A stretch of 49,985 nucleotides of DNA from Jimgerdemannia flammicorona. Lineage: Eukaryota. Below, in pieces: positions 1 to 10,415 of the stretch; the stretch's first letter is position 1, and each line of letters begins with the position of its first letter. The notes under the pieces are model-generated. The model ran no database searches. It was not told the origin of the DNA and saw nothing but the letters and a program-made list of their open reading frames with translations. A program made the translations under genes and the position numbers. The DNA is taken from positions 1 through 49,985 of the forward strand of contig RBNJ01000028.1 of NCBI GenBank assembly GCA_003990765.1, in the 5' to 3' direction.

Positions 1-360
1 CCTTGACTGTAAGGGTTGACTTGATTTTCTCAAATAGGATCTGAGCTATGCAGAAACCTATGGGGATCTTGAAGGGTGTCCAACTATGGTTTCGGATGAG
101 GACAATAATTTCGCCTGTATAATCCTCGTCAATGACTCCTCCTTCTACTGAGAGTCCTTTCAATGCTAGGCTGCTGCGACAGCATATTCTTCCAACATGT
201 CCTTCAGGAATTTGGATGCTGATTCCTGTGTAGACTTGCTTGACTTCTTGGTTGGAGACTGTAGCTTCTTCGGCTGCATACAGGTCATATCCAGCTGCTT
301 TTTGACTTCCTTTGGTTGGGGCCTTAGCAGTTTGTCTTAACTTGACAAAGTCTAGTATTC
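1..360 (-). pseudogene. dut: dUTPase domain of family A element, in frame with gag nucleocapsid
   Basis: Manual translation: LDFVKLRQTAKAPTKGSQKAAGYDLYAAEE...TGISIQIPEGHVGRICCRSSLALKGLSVEGGVIDEDYTGEIIVLIRN...GFCIAQILFEK, i.e. trimeric dUTPase motifs I-IV. Motif V lies beyond the window edge but is seen in the copy at ~17705. Confidence 0.93.
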
Positions 361-2340
361 TGGTGGTCAGGTTGTTGAGGTGGTGCAGAGTAGTAACAGT
401 TGCTCATGTTGCTGTTCGGGGCTTCCGGTTGGGGCAGGCACTGGCCATGTGTCCTGTCTTTCGGCAATAGAAGCATGCTCTGCTTCTTTGAAGTTCATTC
501 CTTTCTCCTTCAGTTAGTTTCTTGAAGGTACTCGGCTGGGTGGGTTCATGATTTCTGGGTGTCCAAGAGGTGGATGTGGAGGGAGCTCAGGATGCTTCAT
601 GCTTGGGTTCTTCTTTCTTGGTCCAAGTCTTTTCCTTGTTATTGAATTGTCTTTGGGGCAGGATTGGTCCAGCTGTTAGGATTCGCTTGACCATAGTCTT
701 GATTCTTGCCAGGCACCATTGTTGGTGGTCACATCCAACTGGGCGGCCTTGTTCTCGGATTTTTCTAGTAAGCCATTCAGGCAGTGCATCGAATAAATGG
801 TCTGCTCTTGTATCATTTCGTGCTTCATCATTGGCAATATATCCTAGGCCAACGGTGTTCAGGAGTGACTCGAGTTTTGTACAGAAGGTTTCGAATTCTT
901 CTTTGCCATGTACATCGAATTTGAGGTTGCAGAGTTTTACTCGAGATTCGGCGATCATTGTTTCACTGCGGTATTGAGCAATCATGAGTTGTTTGAGTCC
1001 AGGGGCTGCAGGATGGGCTCTGTATCCTGGGGCATTGTTTGCTGCATTCTGAGCAACTACTGCAGGTCGGGTGTCCCATGTAAGGGGTTTTTCAGGAAGG
1101 GTTCGCCACCATTCTTCGGCAGGTCCTCAGAAGAATGTAACAACTCAGCGGACATAGGCTGTGGTGGTAGCAAAGAGTTGTTCCAGAGTGTGGTCTTGAT
1201 TATTTGTCAGAATGCGGTCAGCAACTCGCTCATTGGTCCATTGATTGGCTTCGAAGTTGGTGTCAATTACACTAATGAAGTTGGACTTCTTGTACAGTAC
1301 CATTGAAGGTAGGTAGGCTCAGATTTTTTGTAGGTCAGGTCTGTTCGGCTAAGGCAGTAATGGTTGCTGCCATTATAGCTACTTGGGCTGTGAGGTCTAG
1401 AATCTGTTAGTTTGCCATGTTGTTTACTGGAGGTGGTTGGACTACTGGTAGTGGTGTTACTGGTACTACTTGAGGTACTGGTGCAGAGTGTGAGGGTGTT
1501 CTTTGGGTCTGTGTAAGTTGCTGGAGTAATAGCTATGGGTCTGGGTGAGGGCTTGATAAATAGCTGTTTGTTGCTGTGTCGGTGTATTCTGGCCTGATGG
1601 AGGTGCATCTCCTTCGGTGGTGTATCTGGGATCGAATTCAATGAGATACTCCTCCTCCTCTTCCATTTGGTCCCCATGTAATTGGGTTTGCTCGGCGTCA
1701 AAGTAGACAGAATCAGTTATATATCTGATTTCAGACGGACTTAATTCAAAGTCAAGTTCAGGTTCGGTATTGGTTTCAGATTCAGGTAGGGTTGTAGTAG
1801 GGCCTGCTTCAGGTTCGGGGTCAGGTAGTTGATGAAGGGTTTCTCTTGCTTCTTCCTTAAGAATATGTCGGGCCTTGCTGTTCTGGAATCAGTAGTATAA
1901 CGCAGTCTTGGTCCTGGTACAATGAAAGTCAGTAGAGTTAAGCCACTTGGCTACAGAGGCTTGGGCTTTGTGAGGAACTAAGGCTAGAAAGACTGCTGCT
2001 GGTTGTCCTAGGTTGCTTGGATTTGTAGAGCTGACAAAACTCTTGTTGAGAAGAGTAAAGAAGGCTTCTATAAGATCTTCTTCGTCTTGACTTGCTGGGT
2101 GTAGTGCAAGGAGTTCGGTGAATAGGGTTTCGCCTATTTGCTGATTTAATTGGAGTACTTCTTTTTTTGAGTGAAGTTTGTCCCACTTGTTGCAGGTGTG
2201 GAGGTCAAATTGTCCTTGTACGTCAGGTTCAATTCTCTCCAGATTGTCAGATGGTTCAGGATAAATTCCAGTTCAGAGGTTGGGCTTTATACCAACTTGT
2301 AGGAATTCTCAGAAGGGTTTGTAACTGGGTGAGGAAGCAT
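361..2340 (-). pseudogene. gag: Gag-like polyprotein of family A with C-terminal zinc knuckle, interrupted by point-mutation stops
   Basis: Probable ATG at 2338-2340, just past the PBS. Track ORFs 1466..1666 and 587..985 are pieces of it. CFYCRKTGHMASAC knuckle at ~434-476. The stops examined are TGA/TAA consistent with CGA/CAA C-to-T changes. Confidence 0.8.
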
Positions 2341-2365
2341 CTTGAAGTGGAACTTGGATTGTAAA

Positions 2366-2377
2366 CCGCTGCTACCA
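2366..2377 (-). promoter_or_regulatory. Primer binding site TGGTAGCAGCGG (probably initiator tRNA-Met)
   Basis: 3 nt after the LTR terminal CA on the minus strand. Starts with TGG (complement of tRNA CCA) and resembles the complement of eukaryotic tRNAi-Met 3' ends. Decayed versions at 21316-21326 and 31542-31553. Confidence 0.8.
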
Positions 2378-2858
2378 AGTTGTAAGAGGGTTGCTTTTTA
2401 GGGTAACTGTTACATAGTTCTGGAAGGGTTTTCTGGAAGTTCTGGATATTCTGAAAGACCGTTTTCTTATGGTCAAGATCAATTTCATATGGGGTACGTC
2501 CTCTACGCTTATTGATTTCAAGTTCGGGTTGACGTCTCAACCAAAGTCCTTTTTCGGACTAGTTCTGGATGTTCAGGATTTTCCGTATTTCAGGAAGTTC
2601 AAGAAACTAAGACCAGCTTAGTTGAATTGTCGTATCGCTGCAGACAATACCCAATTAGGAAATTTCGTGATGGGGTTAGGAGTAGGACCTAATGGGGAGC
2701 GGATTTACTTAAGAGTGGTTTGTAGGTTATTAAATAGGTTTATTCACTATTCATGATATTGCTATACTAGGAGTAGTTGTGTGAAGGGATATTGTGGGGA
2801 GTATTCAGGAATGTTCTGGTGTGTTCGAGTCTGAGATTCTGAGGTCTGGGGGAGGGGG

Positions 2859-2866
2859 TATTTATA
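2859..2866 (-). promoter_or_regulatory. TATA box of the LTR (TATAAATA)
   Basis: Conserved in the other LTR copies (~10907, ~21821, and 31032 on plus). TGAGTCA at 2986-2992 lies upstream. Confidence 0.6.
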
Positions 2867-3055
2867 CTAGTGAGGGGCTATCTGGACTATGCTAGATATG
2901 GATGTAGCACTAAGTGCCTTGCTGAGTCGGAATGCAGTCACGTAGTACAAGTGTGATCTGACATATCAAGAGATCGTCTGACTGCTGAGTCAGTTCACAG
3001 TCACATTGTACAAGGCTAATCTAACTATAATATGACTGCTAGGCTATTTATAGAT

Positions 3056-4153
3056 TTAGGCACTGTCTGAGTAGTCTTCGATGACATCACCATCGATTGC
3101 ATCATCTCTGATGAAGTAGTCATCTAGGAAGAGTGGTTCGTGGATTACTTCTCCTTGTTGGCTGAGGTAGTAATACATTGGGACTTCGTCTCCGTCCCAC
3201 AGGATAGCATCGTCTGTTTCGTATGCTGGATAAGGTGTTGGTGGGCGAAGGATGGGTGAACTGTCTTCGCTTTCATCGGATTCGCTGTCTGCGTACCTTC
3301 TATAGGTTACAGTACTATGAGTCACGGGGTTGTAGTAAGTTGGCGGCTGTAGTTCATATCGCTCGTATTCGGGTGGTGGAGTTGTTGGTTCGATCTCGAG
3401 GGTTGTCTGGAGGTACAGATTGTGTTCTCCAGTCTCTTCATTGTAATTGAAGTAATCAGGGGTGAATGCAGGTTGGTATTCATGCCAGTGATCATTGTCC
3501 CAATAAGTCTTGTATGTATTTATGAACTATTGTAAGTTCATTGGCAATGTTGGTGGTGTGATCAGGGTTGGCAGGGATCCTTGGCTTGAGGTCATGTCGG
3601 CGTCAGAGGGATCATTGTCTTCTGCTTCATCTTCGTTGAAGTGGATTATATCATAGATGTCCTTCATGGTATAACCGACTTGAGGCATTTGCAGGATGTG
3701 ATCATTGGGGTGCGGGAAGGTTCTGTCTGTGGTTTCAACATACTCGAGGTACTTGTGGTTGAGTTCTTGTATCATGTCATTGATTTGGCCATAGGACAGG
3801 GTAGCAACCATTTCGCTGGTAGTAACTCGGAGGCAGGGAATAAAGGTGCTATACTCATAAAAGAGTTCTCGGTGTTTGCGGGGGTTGAGCTTCTGGTGTT
3901 GAGACAACTGGGTAATGTCTGTGTCGTGGTAGTGTTCAACCATATCTTCTAGGAGGCGGCCGATCTGGTAGTAGCTTGAGATTTGTCCGATCCGGTGGGC
4001 CTCATTAAGCATGTTTAGGGCATTCCATCAGGCTTCCATGAAATAGAGGGGAGCTAGGCTATGGATGTTCATGAGGGGTAGAGGGGGTGTGGCCCAGTTG
4101 ACAATGGCATTCCAAATGTCAGCGTGGATGCGGTTATAGATCTCGGTGGTCAT
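3056..4153 (-). pseudogene. LTR(U3)-encoded accessory ORF of unknown function, ~365 codons, acidic C-terminus
   Basis: ATG at 4151-4153 (MTTEIYNRIHADIWNAIVNW...). Track ORFs 4028..4492, 3527..4012 and 3056..3325 are all in one frame, broken only by TGA (4028-4030) and TAG (3527-3529). The TGA codon is CAA in the 10416-12457 LTR, implying ancestral CGA. Confidence 0.7.
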
Positions 4154-4223
4154 GTTTGTGTATATTGGAAGTTGTGGTTGTTGTTTATTTTGGTTCTCTG
4201 TTTCGACGTATCTTGTTGCTTGG

Positions 4224-4329
4224 TATATATACATTTTGTCCTGATTGGTAAGATTCCATTTGTATGAATCTTGTGTTCCGTGACTTTGTGTTGACTCAGC
4301 TTTGTGCGCTGTGACTTCAGTTTGACTCA
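4224..4329 (-). promoter_or_regulatory. Putative second promoter inside U3: two TGACTCA sites plus TATATATA upstream of the U3 ORF
   Basis: TGACTCA at 4292-4298 and 4323-4329, TATATATA at 4224-4231, ATG at 4153. Confidence 0.45.
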
Positions 4330-4589
4330 GCTTCATGAACAGGCAGGTGATTTCTAGATTTGTTTGGAGGTCACGTGTGATTTCAGTGGCTTGTCCAGAG
4401 GGTGATGTGTGATTTCGGTGGCTTGGAGGTTGTGCACTTACAGGTCCTGTATCAGTGAAGTCAGGAAAATCTGCCAACAGAAATACAAGCAAGATGCTGC
4501 CAAAGCAAAAATAAAAGCTGAAGAAGATGACCAGTCCCCAGAACTTTATGCTGACAGGATGATGAAGAGGAACAAGAATCAGACATCAC

Positions 4590-5000
4590 CCTCAAGGTCA
4601 AGAAGTTTTACCCCAAAGCCAAGATCCCAGAATACAAGACTGAAGAAGCCATAGGAATAGACCTTGCCAGCATTCAAGATGCTACTCTCAAACCACAGAC
4701 CACTACTCTACTTGGTACTGGAATTGGAGTCAAACTGCCAGAGAACCATGTCAGAATTATCAAGACCAGGAGCAGTCTGGCCAAGAGAAAAATCTAAGTT
4801 AAAGGAGGAGTAATTGACCCTGATTACACTGGTGAAATCTTCCTCATAGTCAGAAATCACAACCACATCACCCTGTTTGAAGTCAAGAAGTATGACAGGA
4901 TTGGCCAGAAGCTGATCCATGAAATCAAGAAACCCAAGATCATTGAAGCCATCAAACTCATCAAGACCAAGAGAGGAGAATAAGGCTTTGGATCTACTAG
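4590..5000 (+). pseudogene. dut: dUTPase domain of element C, directly upstream of RT
   Basis: KAKIPEYKTEEAIGIDLAS...GTGIGVKLPENHVRIIKTRSSLAK...GGVIDPDYTGEI...DRIGQ...RGE*GFGST: all five dUTPase motifs. Confidence 0.9.
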
Positions 5001-5099
5001 AAGAGGAGCCTATGCTGCCACCAAGATTACTGAACTTGAGCATAAGAAAGACAAGGACCAGAACAAGAATATATATACCATTGGAGAAAACTTTTTTTA

Positions 5100-7760
5100 G
5101 AGGAACAACCTCTCAAGATCCTGCACCAGAATGAAGGAGTACTTACTACAGACTTCAGAGATATCCATAATCAAGAACCTAAGTACTATCATGAAGTTGA
5201 CACTGGTGATACTAAGCCCATCTACCAGAAAGCCAGACTCATACCACCTGCCTACAGAGAGTGGCTGCAAACAGAACTCAAGGAAATGGAAGAAGCTGAG
5301 ATCATCAAGCAAGCTATCAGCCCCTGGGCTTCACCCATTATCCTCACCCCAAAGAAAGGAAGTAAGCCTGGAGAGTTTGTGACAAGACTCTGTATTGACT
5401 ATAGGAAGCTCAATGCCATCACCAAGAAGGATAGGCAGCCCTTGCCAAATATTCAAGAAATCCTTACCATCCTTGGAAGCGAAGCCAAATACTACACCAC
5501 TCTGGATCTATTCTCAGGCTTCTATCAGTTTGGTCTCACTCAAGATGCCAGTGAGAAATCAGCCTTCATCACATCTGATGCCACCTATATCTATCTGTGA
5601 ATACCATTTGGAATGTGCAATGCCCCAGCAAGTTTTCAGCAAATGATGAACAGAGTCTTCAGCAACAAGATTGGAAAATGGCTCTTTGTCTATGTTGATG
5701 ATGTAATCATCTTCAGCAAAACATCATGGGAACATGTCAATCACATATAGCTAGCCCTCAAGAAGCTCAAGGAGCATGGCCTCTATATCAAGCCCAAGAA
5801 ATGCAAGTTTGTAGCTCAGGAAATCGCCTATCTAGGACACCTCATTAACCAGACTGGAATCCATACAGACCCTATGAAGATTGAGGCTATTGAAGCCTAC
5901 CCAAGACCCAGAACAATTACAGAAGTCCATGCCTTCCTTGGACTGGCCAGCTACTACAGAAGATTCATCAAAGGATATTCCAATATTGCAGCACCTATCT
6001 ATGAGCTACTGAAGAAGGAGACCAAATTCGAATGAACCAAGGAGTGCTAAGAAACCTTCAATGAACTCATGACCAGGTTGACCCAAGCGCCCATCCTCAG
6101 AAGACCAGATTGGAATCTAGAATTCATCCTACAGATAGATGTGAGTGCTATAGGACTTGGGGCAGTCCTAGCTCAGAAGAAAGATGGACATGAATATGTC
6201 ATCTCCTATATAAGCTAAGATATCCATGAAGTAGAACAGAACTACAAGTTATGTAAGCTCGAATGCTTAGCAGTAGTCTGGGTAGTAGATAAGTTCCACT
6301 ACTACCTAGCTGGGAAACACTTCACCATTCAAACAGACCACTTTGCTCTTGCCTGGCTATTCCACACTCTAATCCCCAAAGGAATATATACCAGATGGAT
6401 CTACAGGCTGCAAGAATATGACTGTACTGTCAAGCACCACTCAGGAAGAACCAACACCAATGCTGATGCACTCTCAAGGATACCCTGAAATACTCCCATC
6501 AAGACTATTCAACATAAATAAGGAGCTATACTATAGATTAATCAGCTACCTTGGGCAGCAGAAGATGCTCAACCACCTCAAACCCTGGACAATCACCATC
6601 ATCAACTGGACTTAGAAACAGTTTGAACTAGACAACACTACACTCAGAAAAGGAGAAAAGCTAGTAATACCCAAATACAAGAAGTATCAAGTAATGAAGG
6701 AAGTATATGAGCAAGAACTCCTAGGAGAAACCAACACATATGATAAGGCAAGAAGAAACATGTAGTGGTCCAAGATGGAAGAAGACCTGTGCCAATTTGT
6801 CATAGGGTGTAACAAGTATCAAAAACAGAAACAAGATCAGTAAGACCAGGTACCCAGGTCATCAAGAATTGAGCCTATCCCCTTCTACTACATTGCAATG
6901 GATATCATTGGGCCACTACCAGTAATACTATCAGGAAACCACTATATTATAGTTATTGTAGACCTCTTCACCAAATGGATAGAGGCAGGAGCATTACAAG
7001 AAGCCAATGCCCTCTCTATAGCCGACTTCCTGTACTGAGAAATCATCTGCCACTACAAGACACCAAAGCAAATCACAACAGACAGCAGAACAGAATTTGT
7101 CAATGGATACTATAAGATAATGTATCAGAAATACAAAATCCAGCACATCAAGACCACTGCATACTACTCTCAAGGAAATGGACAGACAGAGAGAACCAAT
7201 AAGATCCTCAAGAACATCCTAGCAAAGATCTCAGAGACATATGAGAATTGGGATAACTATCTTCCAACTGCCCTCTCTGTCCTACGAGACATATGATCAC
7301 AGAGCACACACTTTACCCCAAGAGAGCTGCTCTTCAGAGAAGAAGATTCTGATGGAATCTCAGCTACAAATCTAGACCTAACTTGGAGTTAGGTTGATGC
7401 AGAAATCCAGAGACTACACCAAATCACAAAGAAGGCTGAAGATTATATCACCAAGTCACAAGTGCTGATAAGAAAGAATGCAGAAAAGAATCACAAGACC
7501 CTAGAACCCATCCGAATCAGAGAAAAGGTTCTACTATATTGAAATATAGTAGAAGCCTTATGGTTGCAAAACTGGAGCCCAAATGGGAAGGACCCTTCTA
7601 TATGCAAGATATCAAGGGAACCACCTTCTGGCTTAGAAAAATCTCAGGGACCATACTGCCTACCATAGTATATAGGAACTGACTCAAGAAGTACCACAAG
7701 CCTATACAAGAGAAGCAAAATGTGATGACTGCCCATGAGGTTCTAGTCTGCGAATCATAA
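5100..7760 (+). pseudogene. pol: pol (RT, RNase H, integrase) of element C with multiple stops
   Basis: Track ORF 5286..5600 is the RT N-terminal part. The rest is readable through stop codons to TAA at 7758-7760. Confidence 0.9.
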
Positions 7761-7764
7761 CAGC

Positions 7765-9149
7765 ATGTCCCATGATCAGCAGGCTATCTGTCTGGACCAT
7801 TCTCTAAGAGATATGGCACTGGCAACTACTCATCCATGAGACTTTCAAAGTTAGAGGAGTTCGAACTAGCAACTGATTGGTCAAGATCAGAATCAGGCCC
7901 TTGCTCTATATGAAGGGAGCAACTCTTCACCATTACACCAAAATATAAAGGGAAGACACCAGTCCATAAATACCACTTTTTGATCCCTTGCCAGAGGTTA
8001 TGAGATTAGCAAATTTTTCAGAACAGAACTAAGGAATAAGGACACTCAGGAAGATCCTTATTCAGAAGGAAGATGTAATGGTGACCTCAGAATGATAACA
8101 TCAGCACAGGAGACAGCCTTTCCTTGCAAGCCACCAGATCAGAGTACAAGAAGATCATATGGTATATGAGATGAGCAATGATGACCAACTGTGAGTCATT
8201 ATGATCACAGTACAAGTATCCTGAAGAATATAAAAGAAGGATCAAGGAACCACAGTAGTAGCAACCAATAAGAACTACCAATCCCAAAATAGCTCAAAGA
8301 CTTACTACAAATGAAATGCCTGCTGTCTGCTAAACCTCAAGGTCAAGGAATCACCAAGGCATCTCAGTTGAGGAAAGGATGTTCTAAGACATCAGAAGAG
8401 CCATGAGGATCCACTCAAAAAGGACTCTTAGTGTTAACCTGGGTACTTCAGATCTCTATCACTTTATCCTCTACCACTGTGAAATGGAAACAAGGATCAC
8501 TATTGCTACTGAATGCCTCCAAATATGGCAGGAGTACAAAATAGGAAACCTCCTCTGCCAGGAGTTCCCACAGGCCAGCACTCAAGAGCTACAAGATGCC
8601 ACTCCTATGGATATATGTGAAACAAGGACAGCTAAGAAGATCCATCAGATCTTCAGGCATGTACCATGGTCAATCCCTAACTTGGAGTATGTTAAAGTCT
8701 CAGATTTCAGAGACCTGTCATCCTGCCATATCAATGCACTAGAAGCCAGAGTGGCTATAGAAGCCCAGTCCACTATCACCCTCAATAGTGATAAAGTAGA
8801 AGACTTCTGGCACTCTATCCTCCAAGACAACCCAGACCAATTCCTGCAAGGATTGATCTCAGTATTCCAAGGCCCAAGCATCTGGATTAGATCTCCCCAA
8901 GACCCTACATTTGTCCCCTATTTTGTAGAAGAGAACCTCATAGACTAGAGAGCCCCAGACCTCCTCTCCACTGCTGAACATGATGACATCATTGGCAATG
9001 ATGTTATTCTATGTGACATTGAAGCATACAAAATATATGACATATATGAGATATGTGACCTACATGATGATGATGACAAATTTGTTGATCTCATCTCCTT
9101 CAGTGACAATGAGGATGAAGCCCTCATGATCCTAAACTTTCTGATCTAA
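7765..9149 (+). pseudogene. Extra ORF region 3' of integrase in element C, unknown function, acidic C-terminal tail
   Basis: ATG at 7765, 4 nt after the pol stop. The 181-aa open segment 8403..8948 continues in frame past a TAG to an acidic tail (DLHDDDDKFVDLISFSDNEDEAL). At least one frameshift lies upstream of 8403. Confidence 0.55.
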
Positions 9150-9399
9150 GTTCTTTGTTACACTGAATAATGTCAGTACTAGTATTCTGAGGTGAAACAA
9201 AATTATTCCAGCACCGGTATTCTGATGTAACACTGAATTATACTAGTATCCTGAACCTGTACAACCATCAGTGCTGACCCTGGAACTTAGTAGTTTTAGT
9301 TATTGGAATTTATATTTAGCTTTATATCTTATGAACTATTGAATTATTTTTTATATAAATATTCATCTTATTTTCTCTGAAATAAAGTCAGTCTTCTTA

Positions 9400-10415
9400 G
9401 TGCAATATACACACTTCCTTGTAAGCAATCTAAGAGATAACAAGACAGTTAAAGATAAGAAGTTTGAGGACTATAAGACCTTGAGAAGGCACTCCAATAA
9501 GACCTTGCTTATAACAAACTTGAGTTAGTCTAAGAGATATACCTTAAAGAGAATCTGGTGTATTTGAAGGACTCAGTGATCACTATGTGACAATATCTTA
9601 ATTGCTAAATAAGAAAGCTGATAATAATAATAAGCTTAAGGATGACAATCTCACTCCTAAAGAATTATAGAGTGGAACAAAGTAAGATATATCCCATCTA
9701 TATATTTTAGATCTGATATATATATTCAACCCAAGATAAGTAAGCATGTTTTTCTTGTAGATTCCAGTAAGGTGTATCAGCTATGGAATCCATATAAGTA
9801 GTATTAGTCATCTCATATAATGTATAGTTTAGAGAAAAAGAAAATAGCTCAGAATTCTATATAGAAGTACCAGTCAAAACCTCTACATCTACATCCCAGC
9901 CAGTATAAATACAGCAATCAGTATAACTATCATCTATCTCTCTAGTAGTCAATCATATTATCAACCGCTATACATACCTGAGTCAAGAATAATAGAGATC
10001 AAAGATAATGATATAAATTCTCCAATAATGATGAATTCTCTATAAAGGATAAATAAATGCAAAAGTACTCCAATGTTTACCATAAAACTTGTTCAGAACT
10101 AGAAAATTATTGTGATATATCAATAGACTATTAGTGACAATATATAGACAATGTGAGCTATGCTGAAGTATATGAATGTATATATATCATGACATCTTTC
10201 AATAAGTTAAGTATATATAATGAAGCTATAACTAATCCTGATGACAAGAAATAAAAATAAGTCATGAATGAGAAATATAATTCAATTATCAAGAATTATA
10301 TATGAGATCTGATATCTCTTTGGCCAAACTGTCAAGTAATTAGATCAAGATAGATATATAGGACAAAGTATAATACTAATGATAACATAAAGTAGTATAA
10401 AGCTTACTTCATTTC
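9400..10415 (+). mobile_element. Ty1/Copia pol remnant (integrase C-terminus and start of RT), left part
   Basis: LTPKEL*SG..DISHL and SKVYQLWNP motifs, then EAITNPD..K.VMNEKYNSIIKNYI*DLISL...VIRSR*IYRTKYN...YKAYFIS (decayed Copia RT start, normally YKARLVAKG). Confidence 0.8.

Larger units (their letters stand above)
1..4442 (-). mobile_element. Ty3/Gypsy (chromovirus family A) LTR retrotransposon, 5' part: LTR, PBS, gag, CCHC knuckle, dUTPase; continues beyond window start
   Basis: LTR with TGTAAG...CTTACA termini (2381-4442), PBS immediately inside, gag frame with CX2CX4HX4C then dUTPase motifs. Colinear with the full-length copy at 10416-28068. Least decayed copy (retains many CpG). Confidence 0.93.
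2381..4442 (-). repeat. 5' LTR of family A (2062 bp)
   Basis: Terminal inverted repeat TGTAAG/CTTACA. Homologous over its full length to 10416-12457 and to 21330-21928 plus 26610-28068. Confidence 0.92.
4443..9149 (+). mobile_element. Ty3/Gypsy element C (different family): dUTPase-RT-RNaseH-integrase plus downstream ORF; 5' part displaced by insertion of element A
   Basis: dUTPase ~4590-5000. RT motifs [41 protein letters not shown] (5691-5702). RNase H GLGAVL, ECLAVV, TDH, NADALSR. Integrase MDIIGPLP, ITTD, QGNGQTERTN, and KWEGPF. No 3' LTR recognisable. Confidence 0.9.

Noticed and set aside
2256-2540. 94-aa ORF spanning U5, PBS and the gag start
   Set aside because: Non-ATG start, overlaps cis elements, out of frame with gag, and no recognisable motifs.
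4154-4492. N-terminal part of track ORF 4028..4492
   Set aside because: It crosses the LTR boundary at 4442 into an unrelated element. Only the part from ATG 4153 is credible.
9147-9289. Possible small MITE (TAAGTTC...GAACTTA with repeated GTATTCTGA motifs)
   Set aside because: The inverted match is short and there is no TSD.
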